Source: Iphione sp. A-MEVVRFRX5
Lineage: Eukaryota
DNA length: 64,000 nucleotides
Direction: 5' to 3'
Assembly (NCBI GenBank): GCA_976226885.1
Contig: OZ320323.1
Coordinates: 40,238,001 to 40,302,000 of the forward strand
Shown: positions 13,521-27,800 of the stretch, in pieces
How the letters are laid out: every line of letters starts with the position of its first letter
Numbering within the stretch: the stretch's first letter is position 1
Notes under the pieces: model-generated
Databases searched by the model: none
Seen by the model: the letters and a program-made list of their open reading frames with translations, nothing else
What the model was told of the DNA's origin: nothing
Made by a program: the position numbers and the translations under genes

Positions 13521-15525
13521 TTGGTGCCAAGATAGTACTTATATGCACAACGTATGTACATGTCCGTATACATATACATAGGGACGATACCATCTTTATC
13601 TTATGGTTGAACTCCCTGAGGACCAGTGAGCAGGTAGTATACTCGTGCCCCACCTCCAAGAGGAATGGGGAACCTTAGGATCACCGCTGGCTGACGACTT
13701 ACTGTTACAACCTTGTGGGTCTTTAATTCCCGTAAGTCAAATGAACTGAACATGTGGATATTACACTCAACCATATAGATACATGCTACTGGCTAATTTC
13801 TGTTTTCATTTGAAATAATTGAAGGGTGAAATTATTGCATTTTAATATATTCTGCTCACCAACATACACAGTCACTGTGTAGGGTGCAATGTGTGCTGGT
13901 ACACAGGCATTTAATTCGTTTTACAAGTGTGTTGATAGGTCATAGAAGCATGAGATAATCTCGAAGGTCCACTCTCTTCTTAAAACTGTTTTGGAATGAC
14001 AAGCTTTAATACAGAATTCGATTCATTTTTTCACTATACGGTTTCATTTTGAAGTCATAATTTTTACTGTACAAGGTGATTACTACGAGACTGGTAAAAT
14101 GTTCTGCTTGCATAAATATGTACATATATACAATACCAATAAATTTTGTAAAGTTCAAATTAGAAAAAAAACAAACTTCAAAATAATGTGCTTGTCACCC
14201 GTTAATCATAGGTGACTTGGAACCCTAAAACCAGTGGGTTTTTCACTCTGAAAAAAATAATTGTAACATAGTCATGAAAACGTAGTCATATTTTATGAAT
14301 GGCAACAGGAATTGACGGCGCTCCTACTATCTATGATTGCAAGTGAAATCATTCATTGAAAAACACTTGGACATTGTGAATGACTGTGCATTATTTTTTC
14401 AACATATTAATGTTTACAAACGTGATGCTGCATACTGCTACTCGACACGATCGTGGGAGCAAAAACAGGCCCATTTATCTCAAACAAACCAAAAAAAAAC
14501 CCAGAAAAATCCATGCGGTTTAAGTTTGTTCTTCAGGCTGGAATATTTCAATGATATCCTCTCCTCAATACAACAATACCCCTAAAAAACGAACAGAACA
14601 CAGTATCTACATGCTTGCTTGGTGCGTCGTGCGCAAACTGTGCCTTCAGTCCTAAAAAAAAGAGGTGGGGGGATGGGGAGAAAAAAATTAGACAATCACA
14701 CCTTTACTAGCGTGTGTGAGATTCCAGCTGGTGACCAAACGAAATAAGAATGAGGAGGTGGAGTCAACGCAAACAGTCTACTATGATGATATCGACGTAA
14801 TTGGTGACCCGCAAAAAGGTAACACATCTAATAGAGGAAAAAAAAGAACGAACCGTTGTTTGTAAGCGGGGCCAGGTGTGGGACGATCGACGTGAATAAT
14901 GTAAGATGCTGTAAAGGTTGCCTGGTCTTTTTTCATGTCATTTCTGGTGTTCTGTCAACGGACCACTCGTTGGCGATAATACCAATATAAACAAAACAAA
15001 TGACCATGACAGTAGCTTGGTGTTCGATGAAATTAATGACGGTATTGACACTGGTGGCTGCTTTTTCAGGGAGCTAGTGAGTGATAAACCAGTGTAAAAT
15101 AAGGTTCAAAAAGAAATCTGGTATCATTGATGGTTGATGAAGAGGCCCATGCCATCCATTGCTCATTATTATAGAACCAGTTAGTAATTTAAAGCAACAT
15201 TGACAAGTTTAAGTGCTCTTTACAGTAACGCGTTTCCTTTTAATATATAGAATATAATCATTGTAACGTGACTGGTAGAGTCTGGCAAGATCTTGTGCAT
15301 CAAAAAATAAATAAAGAATCCACATAGATCGGGGTAACTAAGCGCACAAGGTACAGGAGTTTGTTTATTCAGTCAGACTTCTCCCTTATATATACATACA
15401 ATGCCCTTATGGCTTTCACAACAGAAACCTAATATTTGGATTACCATTGTGCAAGGCCTGATCTGGGAACCCGATGGATCACCACTGACCAGACGGGGCA
15501 AGTCGCTCTGTCTACCTCATTTATG

Positions 15526-15670
15526 TACAGTGGCTTGTCTCCATTTACGATATATAACTTTATGACAAATGCCTCGTCTCATTTTATTACATAGAATACT
15601 GTAACAGTGGCTTGTCTCTTTTTATCATGTAGGATTCTCTTGTAGTGATTTGTCTCCTTATATATTACAT
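15526..15670. repeat. Short degenerate tandem repeat (gtggcttgtctc, about 4 copies) before exon 1
   Basis: Motif recurs at roughly 38-bp spacing. Confidence 0.55.
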
Positions 15671-15713
15671 ATATGAACTATTTATATCAGTGTTTTTCTT
15701 TTTGTTGGTGAAG

Positions 15714-15871
15714 ATGTCCCGGCCGGCGAGCGGTCAGCGGGCGCGGCCGACGAGCGCCCACCTCCAGAAAGGCATGAAGTACCCACGCGGCGACGTGGTC
15801 AGCTACGAGGACGTGCTGGTGGCGCAGTACCTGGAGGACCTGCGCAAGGCTCCCCCTTACACTAAAGGAGG
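15714..15871 (+). CDS. DCDC1: DCDC1 coding exon 1
   Basis: aag|ATG..GG|gtaggt; MSRPASGQRARPTSAHLQKGMKYPRGDVVSYEDVLVAQYLEDLRKAPPYTKG; ends phase 2. Confidence 0.8.
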
Positions 15872-18800
15872 GTAGGTGGTCCATAGACTGGCACGACAGC
15901 TTGTCTTTAGTTTCAGGGAAAGAAGGAGTGTGGGTGACGGTGAGGTGGGGAGCTAACATCACATAAGGACCCTCTTAATACTAAATGAGAGGGTACTTGG
16001 CCCATAGGCCAGCATAACAGCTTTTCTTTAGTATCAGGGAAAGGAAGAGCGTGGGTGATGGGGAGGTGGGGGGCTAACATCACGTAAGCACCCCCCCCCC
16101 CCCATAGACTGGCACTACAGCTTGTCTTTAGTATCAGGGAAAGAAGGAGTGTGGGTGATGGTGAGGTGGGGGACTAACATCATGTAAGGACCGTCCTTAT
16201 ACTAAATGAGAGGGGTAGGTGGCCCATTGGCCAGCATGAGAGCTTGTCTTTAGTATCTGGGAACAAAGGGGTGTGGATGTTTGGGGGGTGGTGGCTAATG
16301 TAGTGTTAGACCCTCCCTTACACTAATGGAGGGTGGATGGTTCATATGCTGGCATGATAGCTTGTCTTTTATACAGTGGAATCCCTCTATTGAGGACACC
16401 CTCTATTAAGGACACCACACAGTATGTATGGGCTGGAAACAGAACCAGATCTATATAATCGTGTTTAAATATTGCTGCTATTAAAGACACTTTTATTTAT
16501 ACATGTACAGTTTTTGGTCAGTTTCTTTGCTGTCCCTATTAGAGAGGTTTCACTGTATTAGGGAACGAAGGATTTGGGGTGTTGGGGAGGGTGGGGGTGC
16601 TAACGTTGTGTTTTATTTTTATTTTTAAGTTGGTGGTCCATGTGTTCAGTATTGAAACTGTTCATAGGTGATACTCAGGTCAGCGTGGTAGATCGAAGAC
16701 AAAAAAAGTCTCATACCTGAAATACTGGTTTTTTCTTTTTCATTTGGGGAAATTATTCGTTCACACATGTCATATTTTAAAAAGGAAACGGCATGTATCC
16801 GACATCCATGTAAATGGGCGACACAGATAAACTTTTTTTATCTGAGTCTTGCACGATACAATCAGGAAGCTAGACCTCTTGGTGTTTACACCTTCAATTA
16901 TCCAACAAATTACAACTACTTCACGGCGAGTTTGTTTGTACATGTTATTTAAATTGGCACATGGAATTTCCTGGACAGTGGAAGAAACTTTATAAAAAAT
17001 AGTCATTTAAGAGACGACTAAATTACCAATTAACCCCCCCCCCAATGCAGATCAACTTTGGTCGAGATACACTTATAGTCCCTGGTACCGAATCGTGTGT
17101 TGGTTTTATCGATGCAGAATCTTGAATGTGCTTTTTTTGGGATTAATTATATTCAGAGTGGATGACGCAAAAACAAAGTAAGTGTGCACATGCATTTAAT
17201 GAAACCACGAAGCACACGTTGAACGTTTACATATTCATTACATTTCTTATTTATTATTTACAATCGATAAACTTGTTGTTCTCCCCCACTCCCCCCCCCC
17301 ATCAGACCGTCAGTGCTTTCTTTCTAAAAAGTCTGCTCCTGTAAGCAGTTACGAATGCTATGTCAGAGATTCTGTGGTACGTATATCAGATTCAAAAGGA
17401 TCAGCATGTTATCACCGGGTATAAGAATGTGACACGTATTATATGATCCGAGCACATTTACTTGCATGTGCAATAATACCCTTTGCTAACAAAATATACC
17501 TGTTCTATGGTTACTTTGGTGTCACAGAAATTGTTATCAGAAATAAACACACGTACATTTACCTCCCCTCCTTNNNNNNNNNNNNNNNNNNNNNNNNNNN
17601 NNNNNNNNNNNNNNNNNNNNNNNNNNNNNNNNNNNNNNNNNNNNNNNNNNNNNNNNNNNNNNNNNNNNNNNNNNNNNNNNNNNNNNNNNNNNNNNNNNNN
17701 NNNNNNNNNNNNNNNNNNNNNNNNNNNNNNNNNNNNNNNNNNNNNNNNNNNNNNNNNNNNNNNNNNNNNNNNNNNNNNNNNNNNNNNNNNNNNNNNNNNN
17801 NNNNTCGAATGCATTCAACAAGGCATAATGAATCATCCAAGCTGTAATCATTACGATTTTTACAGTTTCCGTTTGCTAAGAGTCATCTGAGTTTTCTATT
17901 ATGCTGAAACTGGTCTTAATTTGAAACTACTGTTCAAATTATCATCAAATTACTTTCTCATGTAGACATGTAATACTTGAAAGATTTGAAGGAAAAAATA
18001 TCTTCCGAAAAGTCTGACTTGTTTTTAGAATTGTCTGAAAGTTAAGGAAAAAATGTAGATGTATATTTTTTAGGCGTAACCTCCTCGAATTGGACTTTAA
18101 TCATGCTATAGAACCGTATGTTACTAAACATAAGAGAGATGTCTGCAGTCTAAAGAGCGGTGACAGCGTTAAAACATCCTTGTGTTAAGAAAGTCAGGTC
18201 GCTACCATCACCACAACGACCGGGAAATGTCAAGATTTGATTAAAATGTTACAAGACATGCCTTTAGATAATACGACCGTTCTCGCTTCCAGTGCCATCA
18301 GCCAGCCCTCTCCATACATGCAGCGTCTGGCCCATTCACACATCGTCCCGACGCCCAACCTGCCCGGCGCCGACAGCATCCGGCCGCCGCGGCGCACGCG
18401 CCCGCAGTCGGCGACGGCCGTCAGCTTCCGGCCACAGTCGGGCAAGCCGCGCATGGACCCGCGCTTCATCGCCGACCCCGACATGTACGACCCGGCGACG
18501 CCGCGCGGCGCGCCCGACCAGCGGCGGAAGCGTCGACCTGTGAGCGCGCCGGCCTACCGCAGGTGAGCAGCTCCCGGGAGTGATTTACCCCTTTACAGAG
18601 CAGTTTATTTATTTTTCATCCTATCCTAAGATCCTGCTACTTCACCGCGGGTACTGTGTTTGGTTCTGTTCATTTTAACTGCCTCCGTTCGGCAGTACAT
18701 CAAACTTGCTCAAGTTCATTTCGCTCAGTGAGCAGTTGATCTGCTCTGCAAATAGGATAAGCCCCCACTCCATGTAAATATCTCGCCGAACACCTGCTCA

Positions 18801-21800
18801 GAGGCTATAAACATGGCTGGATCGTTGTTATTTTGGTCCACTCGCGCAGAGATGCACGCAAAGAAACTCAATGAATATGGATGAAAGAATAAGTCCATTT
18901 GCTCCAAAAAGAAGATTTCGTACTAACAGCGCATTTATAAAGTCTCCACCACAACTGGAAGCATCTGGATTGCTATGATTCCAGATGTAAATCATAGAAG
19001 TATTTGAAGTTTGCTTGTCAACAGTATAGTTTCGCCTTTTAATATATGAATTATGCTACTGCAATAATACAGAGCAGGATTTTAGGGGATTTCCACATCA
19101 CGTTTCACAGAGAATTCAGGAGATAGAATAATGATTGACGCTGAGTTTCCAGCGTTAGATGACGATTGACTGGTACTGACAGTATTTAAATAACATTAGT
19201 GCTAGTTGCCCCCCCCCCCACCCCTCCTACTGATAATACACTACATGGTGGTCGTTATCTTATCATCTCAAGACAGTAAAATGCTTCTCTGGGAATAATG
19301 TACCACACCTTAGATACATGTACAGTAGAACTTCAAAACTGGGGACACTCATATTGCCCAGTGAAAATGTCCCCATTTAGGGGGTGTCCCCAATCCTTGA
19401 TAGTAGCATGTATAGCCCAAATAAGAGGCGGTTCCTAATGAAAGTGTCCCTAGTCCAAGCGATATCCCTTGTCTCGAGTGTCCCCAGTATTTCGTACCTC
19501 AGGTAGTTACGTCTGTACTACCTACATTAGTCGCAGGGTGGAGCTTCTGATTCTTTGATAGTTTTCTCAGTCGCCTTCATATGACTGTCTTATTAATTCA
19601 TTGCTCGGCCCTCGCGTCCCTGGGGGCTTTGAAATAATGCGAGGCATAACGCTCAAATCGATATACCCACTCGAAAGTTGACAATGGACGTTATAAATAA
19701 GACATTCGGAATGGCATTTATTCTTCAGGGCCGGTGCATTTTACAGAGAATTATTCATATATTCAGAGCGGCAGTGAATGGTAAGGCTGCTGCGGAGACT
19801 GTGAGAAGAATTCACTCTGCTCTGGGAGTGCTCTGAAAGGGCTATTTTTTTCACTTGGATCGTTTACATTATCTCTTTGGAAGTCTAGTCCAAGGTTTGG
19901 TTGTACACTTGTTTGAATGATTCAAAATCTCCGATGAACTAAGATACACCCCCGGCCGATGTAAAAGCATCCTATTTTCAACTTAAACCGTTCTCCTTTT
20001 TTCCTTCTTTTTTTTTCTTCTCTGAAGAAGCGTAAGGAAGCCAAGGTATCACGATTCATCTTACCTATCTGTGCGTTGTTGTCTTTGATTGATTTCTAGA
20101 TTGTTGACACAGTTGTCTTTTCAGTCGTGTGGGAAAAAAAGCCTCCTTGTAATCCAGCTAGGATCCCGTAGTATGTTTCATTTTACTGCAAAACAGCCCG
20201 GAGTACAGTCATGTCACGTGAGATGAGACGATGCCACGAACAGGCGTTACTTATCATTGAGAGTGACAGGGTCTCCGTTAAGTGAATTACTGGAGCAGTA
20301 CGTCAGCTTTTCCAAACAACTTCCTAACAGATAGATCATTTTGAAAAAAAAAACACCACCACCACATTTTAGTGTCAGCCTCTTCAAATGAAAACTGTTA
20401 CTACAGTCAAACTCAGACCTGTTCAGCCAAACGCATGTAACCTGAAATCCTCCTTTTCCACACACCGCACAGCTATTAATAACTATCTTTACAAAGTAGA
20501 TGTGCTCTGAGATATCAGATTCGTCGTCACAAACTTCATTAACAGTTCTAAGCATCATCTTTTACCTTTGGTGATCCTGACATCGTGTTTGAAACAGCAC
20601 ATTTTATATCGTTAATGTTAAATTCATTATAAAGAGGCTTCGTTACCTGTGGGTTTAATTGAGTCAGAAGCTGTCTTGAGCTATGTAGACATGTATTTCT
20701 CTCACCATCCAAATTCCCTTTTCAACTGAACGGATTTGGCTGACACTAAAGTCACTGGGTAACAGCGGGATGACTATACGTAGATAAACAGTGAGACCTT
20801 GCCACTCTTAAATCGCCGTGGTTGCCAGAATTATGTCTATTTAAAGTCCTGAATGATCTGAAGCATTGATTCATTGCACACTGCAAACAATAAAAACTAT
20901 TGCTGCCTCAAAGTATTGAGGAATCTGAGGTTTAAAGTCTTCAAATTAGCGAGGTCTGACTGTACTTCGGGCTGTATGGATGGCAATAAAAGCATACATA
21001 TTTCTAATGTGAAGTTCTCAGAAGGAAAAAAATCCGTCTCAATAGATCTTTCCCTCATGTCTGGCACAGACGTCTCTAGAAAATGACTACCGACCTGTCC
21101 TTTACTGTACAACTGTTTCCTTTTTCCATGTACCAGCAGGTCTTGCTTTTTCCCCCGTTGGAGTGAATGCACCTTAGGCCAGTAGTTTCTCGTCTAGACA
21201 CGTATCTTTGAAGACAAAGATGTGCGAGCTTTGCTTTCTGTAAAGGCAAGCGCGATGTTTTTTTAAGTTCAGACGTGTGTGGACAGTGTGCAGCTTTTTA
21301 TCGAAATATCCAATTGTGTACAGTGGTACCCCTCTACAAAGGACACCCTCTGTAAAGGACACCTCACATTATGTACAGGCTGGAAACAACCAAATCTATA
21401 TAATCATGTGTAGATATCCCTATAAAGGACACGCCCCTTTTTTATGGGCAGTTTTTGGTCAGTCCTTTTGCTGCCCATAGTAAAGAGGTTCCACTGTATG
21501 TCATAAGGGTAGCATATCTGCTATAGATCACGTCAAGATCAACAAAGTTTTCTAATTATACTTACTGATCTCAATGTTTCATTTGCAGACCTCTTTCCGC
21601 CACCTATGGATCCTCCCGGCCCTCAAGTGCCAAATCAACGGGTAAATCATCCTTTCATTACATTTACACGGTACAGATCTCTGAATATGGGCATTTCATT
21701 TAGTGTTTCTAGAGAACGATCGCAGGGTTTGAACTCGGTGTGCAGGTCATGCAATCTTTAGCATAGCAGCAGAAAAATATGCGTACATGTAAAAAGTCCG

Positions 21801-24800
21801 TGGGAGTATAGGATTCTGTCCCATATACACAAAAAGACCCCAGAAACCTATTCCAAATAAGAGAAGGAGGCAACTCCAGGTATTCTGGTCCCTCAATTCT
21901 CAATAATAGATGGTAGTATGCTACCCAGGAGGATATGAAAGATCCCTGTTGTATGATAGGTGAATATATTCCTGGTAAAAGATACAATGAAATGAAAAAA
22001 TGAAATGTAATGTGTTCCATTTGAATGAAAAGCCAGTGCTAACCGAGAGGATCTAATCTAGCCAGATTTGGTAAGGCAGGACTGGAATGTATGCTCCACA
22101 AAGCCGTGCACAGCACGCAAGTGAGGTAAACCGTCGTCTATATGTAAACAACAAACAGCGGTTGACAATGACGATTGTTGTTACCTTTTGTAGCGTTTTC
22201 CATTTATTCCTCCGGAGCTCCCTCTACTGGGAGCCGATCTGGTAAGGTTCCTTCTGCCAATCATGTTGTTCAGTCAAGTAGAATCCGTGAAAACAGCGCT
22301 GTCCTCTAGCTGTCGGTAGTTACGGTTGGAGGGGAGAGGAAGAAGAGAGGAAAGAACGGAGAGAGAAAGGGAAAAGGTAAAAGAAAGAGGAAGGATGCTG
22401 GGGAGAGGGAAGAAAGAAGCAAGGTAGAGAGAAGAATGGAGGGAGAAAGGTGGGAGAAAGGGTGGGGAGTTACCTCAGCTGGTAAGAGTGCTGGCTAGCC
22501 TGGTTGACTGTAAGTATAGGGGTTAGCCCTGGGTATTCTGGTTTCTCAATTTTCAATAAATGGTCATATGCTACCCTACGAGGATATGGAAAAACAGCTG
22601 AAAAAGCTGAATTGTTGTTCCTGGTTAAATGTATACAAAGATCAAGAGCGGGGGAGAGAGGGAGAAAGGAAGAGAAATAATAGAAAGAAGTAGACAGAGA
22701 GAGAGAACGGTGGAGAGAGGTAGAAAAAGGAAAGAGGGGAAAGGAGACAGAGGGTAGAGATATGAATGGAGAGAGAATGACAGAGGACGGAGAGATGGAG
22801 GAAGAGGGAAGGGAGGGATGGGGAGTAAAGGAGAGGTATAGGTAGAGAGAGACAGAGAGATAGGAGGAAAGAGAAAAAAGAAGGAGAGAAAATCAGAAGA
22901 GGGATGGAGGGGAAGAGATTGAGGGAAGGAAGGAGGGAGGGTGAGAGGGACAAAGTAGCGGGAAAGACAGAGGGGCAGGGAGGGACATAGGGAGCATGGG
23001 GGAAAAGGAGGAAGGGAAGGGGAAGGGAAGAGGAAGGGAGGGGTCTGTCCCCCACCCCACCCCTCTTTCCAACCCATATTCTTTCCCTCCCTATCTCTCC
23101 CTAGTTTCCTCCCTCTCGGTTTCCTTCTGTCCCTCTTTCATTCTCTGTCTCTCTGTCCCATCTCCTCCCTCTCCTCCTCCTTTCTTTCCCTCTTTCCCCA
23201 GATCAGAGCAGTCTATTTTCATCGGTTCTGCTTGAGTGAGCACATCGTGACTGTCGCTCCTCGTTCAACCATACTAGACGTTCACGTCAGAAAACTAACT
23301 CGACAACTAATATGCAAGTTGGTTTTCCCCCAAATGTATTACACATCAGCCAGGACAACCTCCGCTGTCTTTCTGTGGAACACCGTGAACTCTTATGAGG
23401 ATGCACACCCGACTATAACAAATATGTCTTTTCCAGTATTAGCCTGGATTTCCAGGTGTGCATATTTTCTCTCCGTCTTCTGTAGCCAAACCGCAGAGTC
23501 CGTATTCCTTAAACGGTGAACGTGATCCAGTTAAACGAATACGGACTCAGTGTTGTTCCAGCAGAAAATGGACGGGAAATGCGCACACATGGAAATTTAG
23601 GCTTAAATCCCAGTGTATTGTTAAATTTGTGTTGTTACATTTATGTTGAGTTGTAAATTAATTTCGGGTGTTCTCATGTTGACTAGTTGGTATAAAAACT
23701 ATCCGTACCTCCCTTTTCTAACAAACTTTGCGTGCCTACTGATCGATTGATTACATTGACATACATGTACATATCATTCTTAGCTCAACTTTTTCAAACA
23801 CTATACAGTGAAGATATACTGTTTTTCCGTATCCTAACGTGTGTTGAACCGGTAGCAGCACTGTGCTTAATAAGAAAAAATTAAGACAGAAAATACTACG
23901 TTTCTTTTATACGTGTACTAATAAAAAATTATACCTCTTGTTTCACACTACAACATGTAATTTAATGTACATATAAAGAACCTGTACCGATATTCTCTGC
24001 TGTTAATTCAGAACCCTCTATTTTATAAACGTTTCCATTGCAATATTTTTTGTTCCATCCAGAAAAACTCATTTTGTACTGAACCGGTAAGGATGTTTAA
24101 TTGTTAGTTATTGGTTGTTTTTTTTTGTCTAGTTGATATCATGTTCTTCATGATGGTTCGGTAATTCGAATTTTCCTTGATTTGAAAGCTGGATGCATAA
24201 TGAATCCCTAGCTAAAGGTGTTTTTTTTCTGTAGGGAAGAGGCTGCATGTATCAGATGTTTATCGTATAGGTTTTGGTATGCAGTTCATAGAAACACACA
24301 TGAAATAACAAGCATGTTCCGTCATAACAATACCTTTTATTTTTGCTAAGGTAGCGATAGATCAGTAGAACAGGAGGCTACTGAGGACTATACCATGCAA
24401 ACAGTCTTAGTGATGTTGTTAATTTGCTGCTTCCAAGGACTGAGCTTATACACAGTCCTACTAACCATGCAAATGTTTTTTTTATCAGTTGAATAATTTG
24501 TCGCCCACCTCATAGAGAGAGGGAGCCTAGGAATACTACTGTCCGGCCATCCCACCATCCATCACAGACTTATGATGGTCTTATTACTTATATACTACAA
24601 CGTTAAATGAACTGGTTTTTGATATGATATGTGTCTGCTTGACACTACTGTATTTTGGTGTCGTTTCAAGTGAATTTAGGGCGTATTTGACTTTAAAGTA
24701 TGTAAGACTTACACACAGGTACGTGTAATATTTTTAGTCTGCTCAGTCAAGTAGGTCCTTCAGGTCCTTGTTTTAACTAGCGTCTGCCAATATGTTTGTC

Positions 24801-27800
24801 ATGAACATTTAATGACAGAAAAGGTTAAATACGTCAAGTCAAGAGGTGTCAGTAATAACAAATTTTCATAGGCTCAGAAACGTGTTTAGGTGTGAATGCA
24901 TAATCCTGGTCCAAATGGATGCTACTTATAAGAAAAAACATCCCTCCAGCTCTTTTTTTTTTATGTAAATGGACGGTATTGTCCCATGCTACCTCCCGCT
25001 TCCCGGCAGTTTCAAGGAAAATGCCCCCCCCCCACAGGGCCCGTTTTTAAAGACTGCATATGCCAGTACCTAGCCGTTCCTCCTTTTAACTTGAAGTGTG
25101 TTAGGTACTTTAATCTCATGTACAGGAGAATCACTCCTGTAGCGACCAGCACATATCCCAGGCCGTTACCGGTCATGATGCGAGGCGGTTCTTAGAGGGG
25201 AGGCTATGTTCAGTATGACTGTACGTCGTGGTCTTCCATGCAGGGCCACAAACAGCTTCTGACAATATGTCCGTATTTTATATTAAATGCAGGGATTCCA
25301 CAGACTCTTGGCTTCCTGACTGAATACCACCCCAGGCCAGCCTTGATAATGCTGGCGCCCCTTGCATTGGCGTCTGGCTGGGGTTAGTTCTAAAATTCCT
25401 CTCTTCATGTCTGACTTCTTTCAGTCTAGGTTCACCCAACCGTGTATACACTCTCCACTGAAGCGTGTCGGTTATGGCGGCGAGTAATACTTATTATGGT
25501 TATTTTGCCCGCCTCTGCCCATTAAGAAGTCTGGTATTTCAGCCCGCTCAATGCATTAGCATGACTCATCCGAGCGACGGTTAGGTGTATACCTGCTGAC
25601 ATGATGTGTTCGAGCAATGGACGAGGATCTTCAATCAAATGAACTGCTTCACACTCGTCTGTGGAATGCTGGACGTTGTTGTTGTTGCGACCCCCCTCGT
25701 AAAGGCATGGCGATGACGCCTCAACATACATACATAGCAGTCGGCTGTGTATTAAACAAGAACGAGGATCAGAATGAATGGGTGCTCCGTATGGCTCCTA
25801 CATGTATCTATGTAGTTATACCTCTGTTAAGGAATTCTATAAGAACGAAGCCGCTTTATAACGAATCGAGCTGTTGCTAGACATGTTGTGGCCTGAAACC
25901 ACTTTTTGTCAAACTCTTTTTTGGTTCCAAATGGCAGAAAAACCACATACTCGTCAATCAACAAGGACACGTGAATAATGAGTCAAAATTAAGTTGAAAA
26001 CCGCGAAAACCTGATGAGATGGTATGGTCCACAACAAAGTTTTCCAGTGTAATTAAGTGAATCCACAGAATACATTAACTTCGTTAATAGAGGTATACCT
26101 GCATGCACACTGAGTTAGAACTGTGCAAAGCAAGAAACTTGAGCAACTCGGGGTACTCCCCAGCCACAGGGCTATACCACAGATCTTTTGTAAAGTACAT
26201 GCTACGACTGAGCTCATATATGTATGTCAGCATCTTTTGTTTTCATCTTATATCTAAGATCGAATAGGTGATAGGTGAATATATTCCCGGTTAAAGATAC
26301 AGTGAAAATGAAATGAATATGGCGAAGAATGTTGATTCTTGTATCTATGCAGGGTGCAGGTCTTATCGGTGGACGGTCCAAATGGCCGGCGTTGACTGGG
26401 CATGTGTTGCATACACAGATTACAGGGGCGTAGAGAGTGGGGGTGTAGGTTGGAGTTGAGGGGGTCTTCCCCTCCCGCCCCGAAATGTTCAAATTTATAG
26501 ACTGCATTGGCAAAGTCACAGTCTAGAGTAAGCAGATATGCCCCCCTCCCCACACGGGATTGTTGGCCGCGCGCGGGCCCTGCACAGATAGGGGAATTTC
26601 GTGAAATCGATATATGAAGCACACTGCACATAGCTGAATAAGCAGACTACTCAAATGTCCGAATTCTACGCCTTTGATGTGCGTTTTATGTGTGTGTGCT
26701 TGTGTGCATGTACGTGCGTGTGTGTGCGTGTGCAGGTGGGTGGGTGGGGCAATCCGCCTCTGATAGCGGGTTACCGAGAAATGAGAATAGACGAATTCCA
26801 GGACCGGCAGCGGGGGCGAATTACAGAGATCACCCTCCGTGATTTGCAGGGAGTTCGTGGAGCGAGCATTGCTGCTTTGTGGTGAATCACAGGAGCCGTT
26901 GGCTGGTGAAGGATATCCTTACCCTCCCTTTACCCAAGAAGTTTGCTGGTGTGAGAGAGCATGACAGCCAAACCGATTGGAACTAGGCTTACTGCTATTG
27001 CTCTGTGCAAGAGCAGAATTTACACCACTGTCATACGTGATACGTTGTCAGAAAGCCACCTTTGGAGTACATCTCTAACAGGAACATGCTTCTAATCAAC
27101 ACACTTTTTGGAAGAAAAGATGTTTTTTTGCTCTATATAATAAGAGGCACGTGTATCAGTTAGCGACATTGTGGGAAAGTACAAAGGGGGTCATAATTAC
27201 GGGCTTTCCACTATACATGTATATAAGTTAAAAGAAGGAGAACGACTGAGATGTTTCAGCTCTGGATCAGGATTTTTCCAGAATTTATGCATTTGCGCAT
27301 TTGCGTTATGACATCATCAAATTAACCACGGTATGAGAACAGCCTACGTAACCCAACGTACAATTATAGACAAAATGTACATGTGGTGGTTTCAGATCAG
27401 TAGTAAAAATGTGTTTTATTCTAATTGATATGGATTTCGGTAGCATTGGTGGCTGTGTGTCTCAGGGTCAAGGTTTTATGCACGCCTGCTCATGCATACG
27501 AGGCAATATGACCTCAGCACTTTCCTCCCATTAAGTGTGTGAGGGAATGGGCGATGGTTAAAATGCACAGTGGAATGTGGGGAGCGGTGCAGACGTATCA
27601 CATGAAAGTTGTTTTGTGTGTGTAATAAATGATAAATTCAAGGTGTATCATCACGACTACATCCCAAAATGCATTTACACGTATGTAATGCTTATTGTAG
27701 AAAACACGTACACATGTACGTTTTAAAGAATAATTGCTTTATATTAGTACATGCGCTGGTAGATTTTAAAAAAAAGAGTAGAGTTTAAACAAACACCGGA

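Noticed and set aside
13020-13678. Cluster of overlapping ORFs
   Set aside because: Artefact of a purine-rich minisatellite.
17443-17890. ORFs spanning the N run
   Set aside because: Gap artefacts.
22625-23235. 150-aa and 137-aa minus-strand ORFs
   Set aside because: Low-complexity GA/CT sequence.
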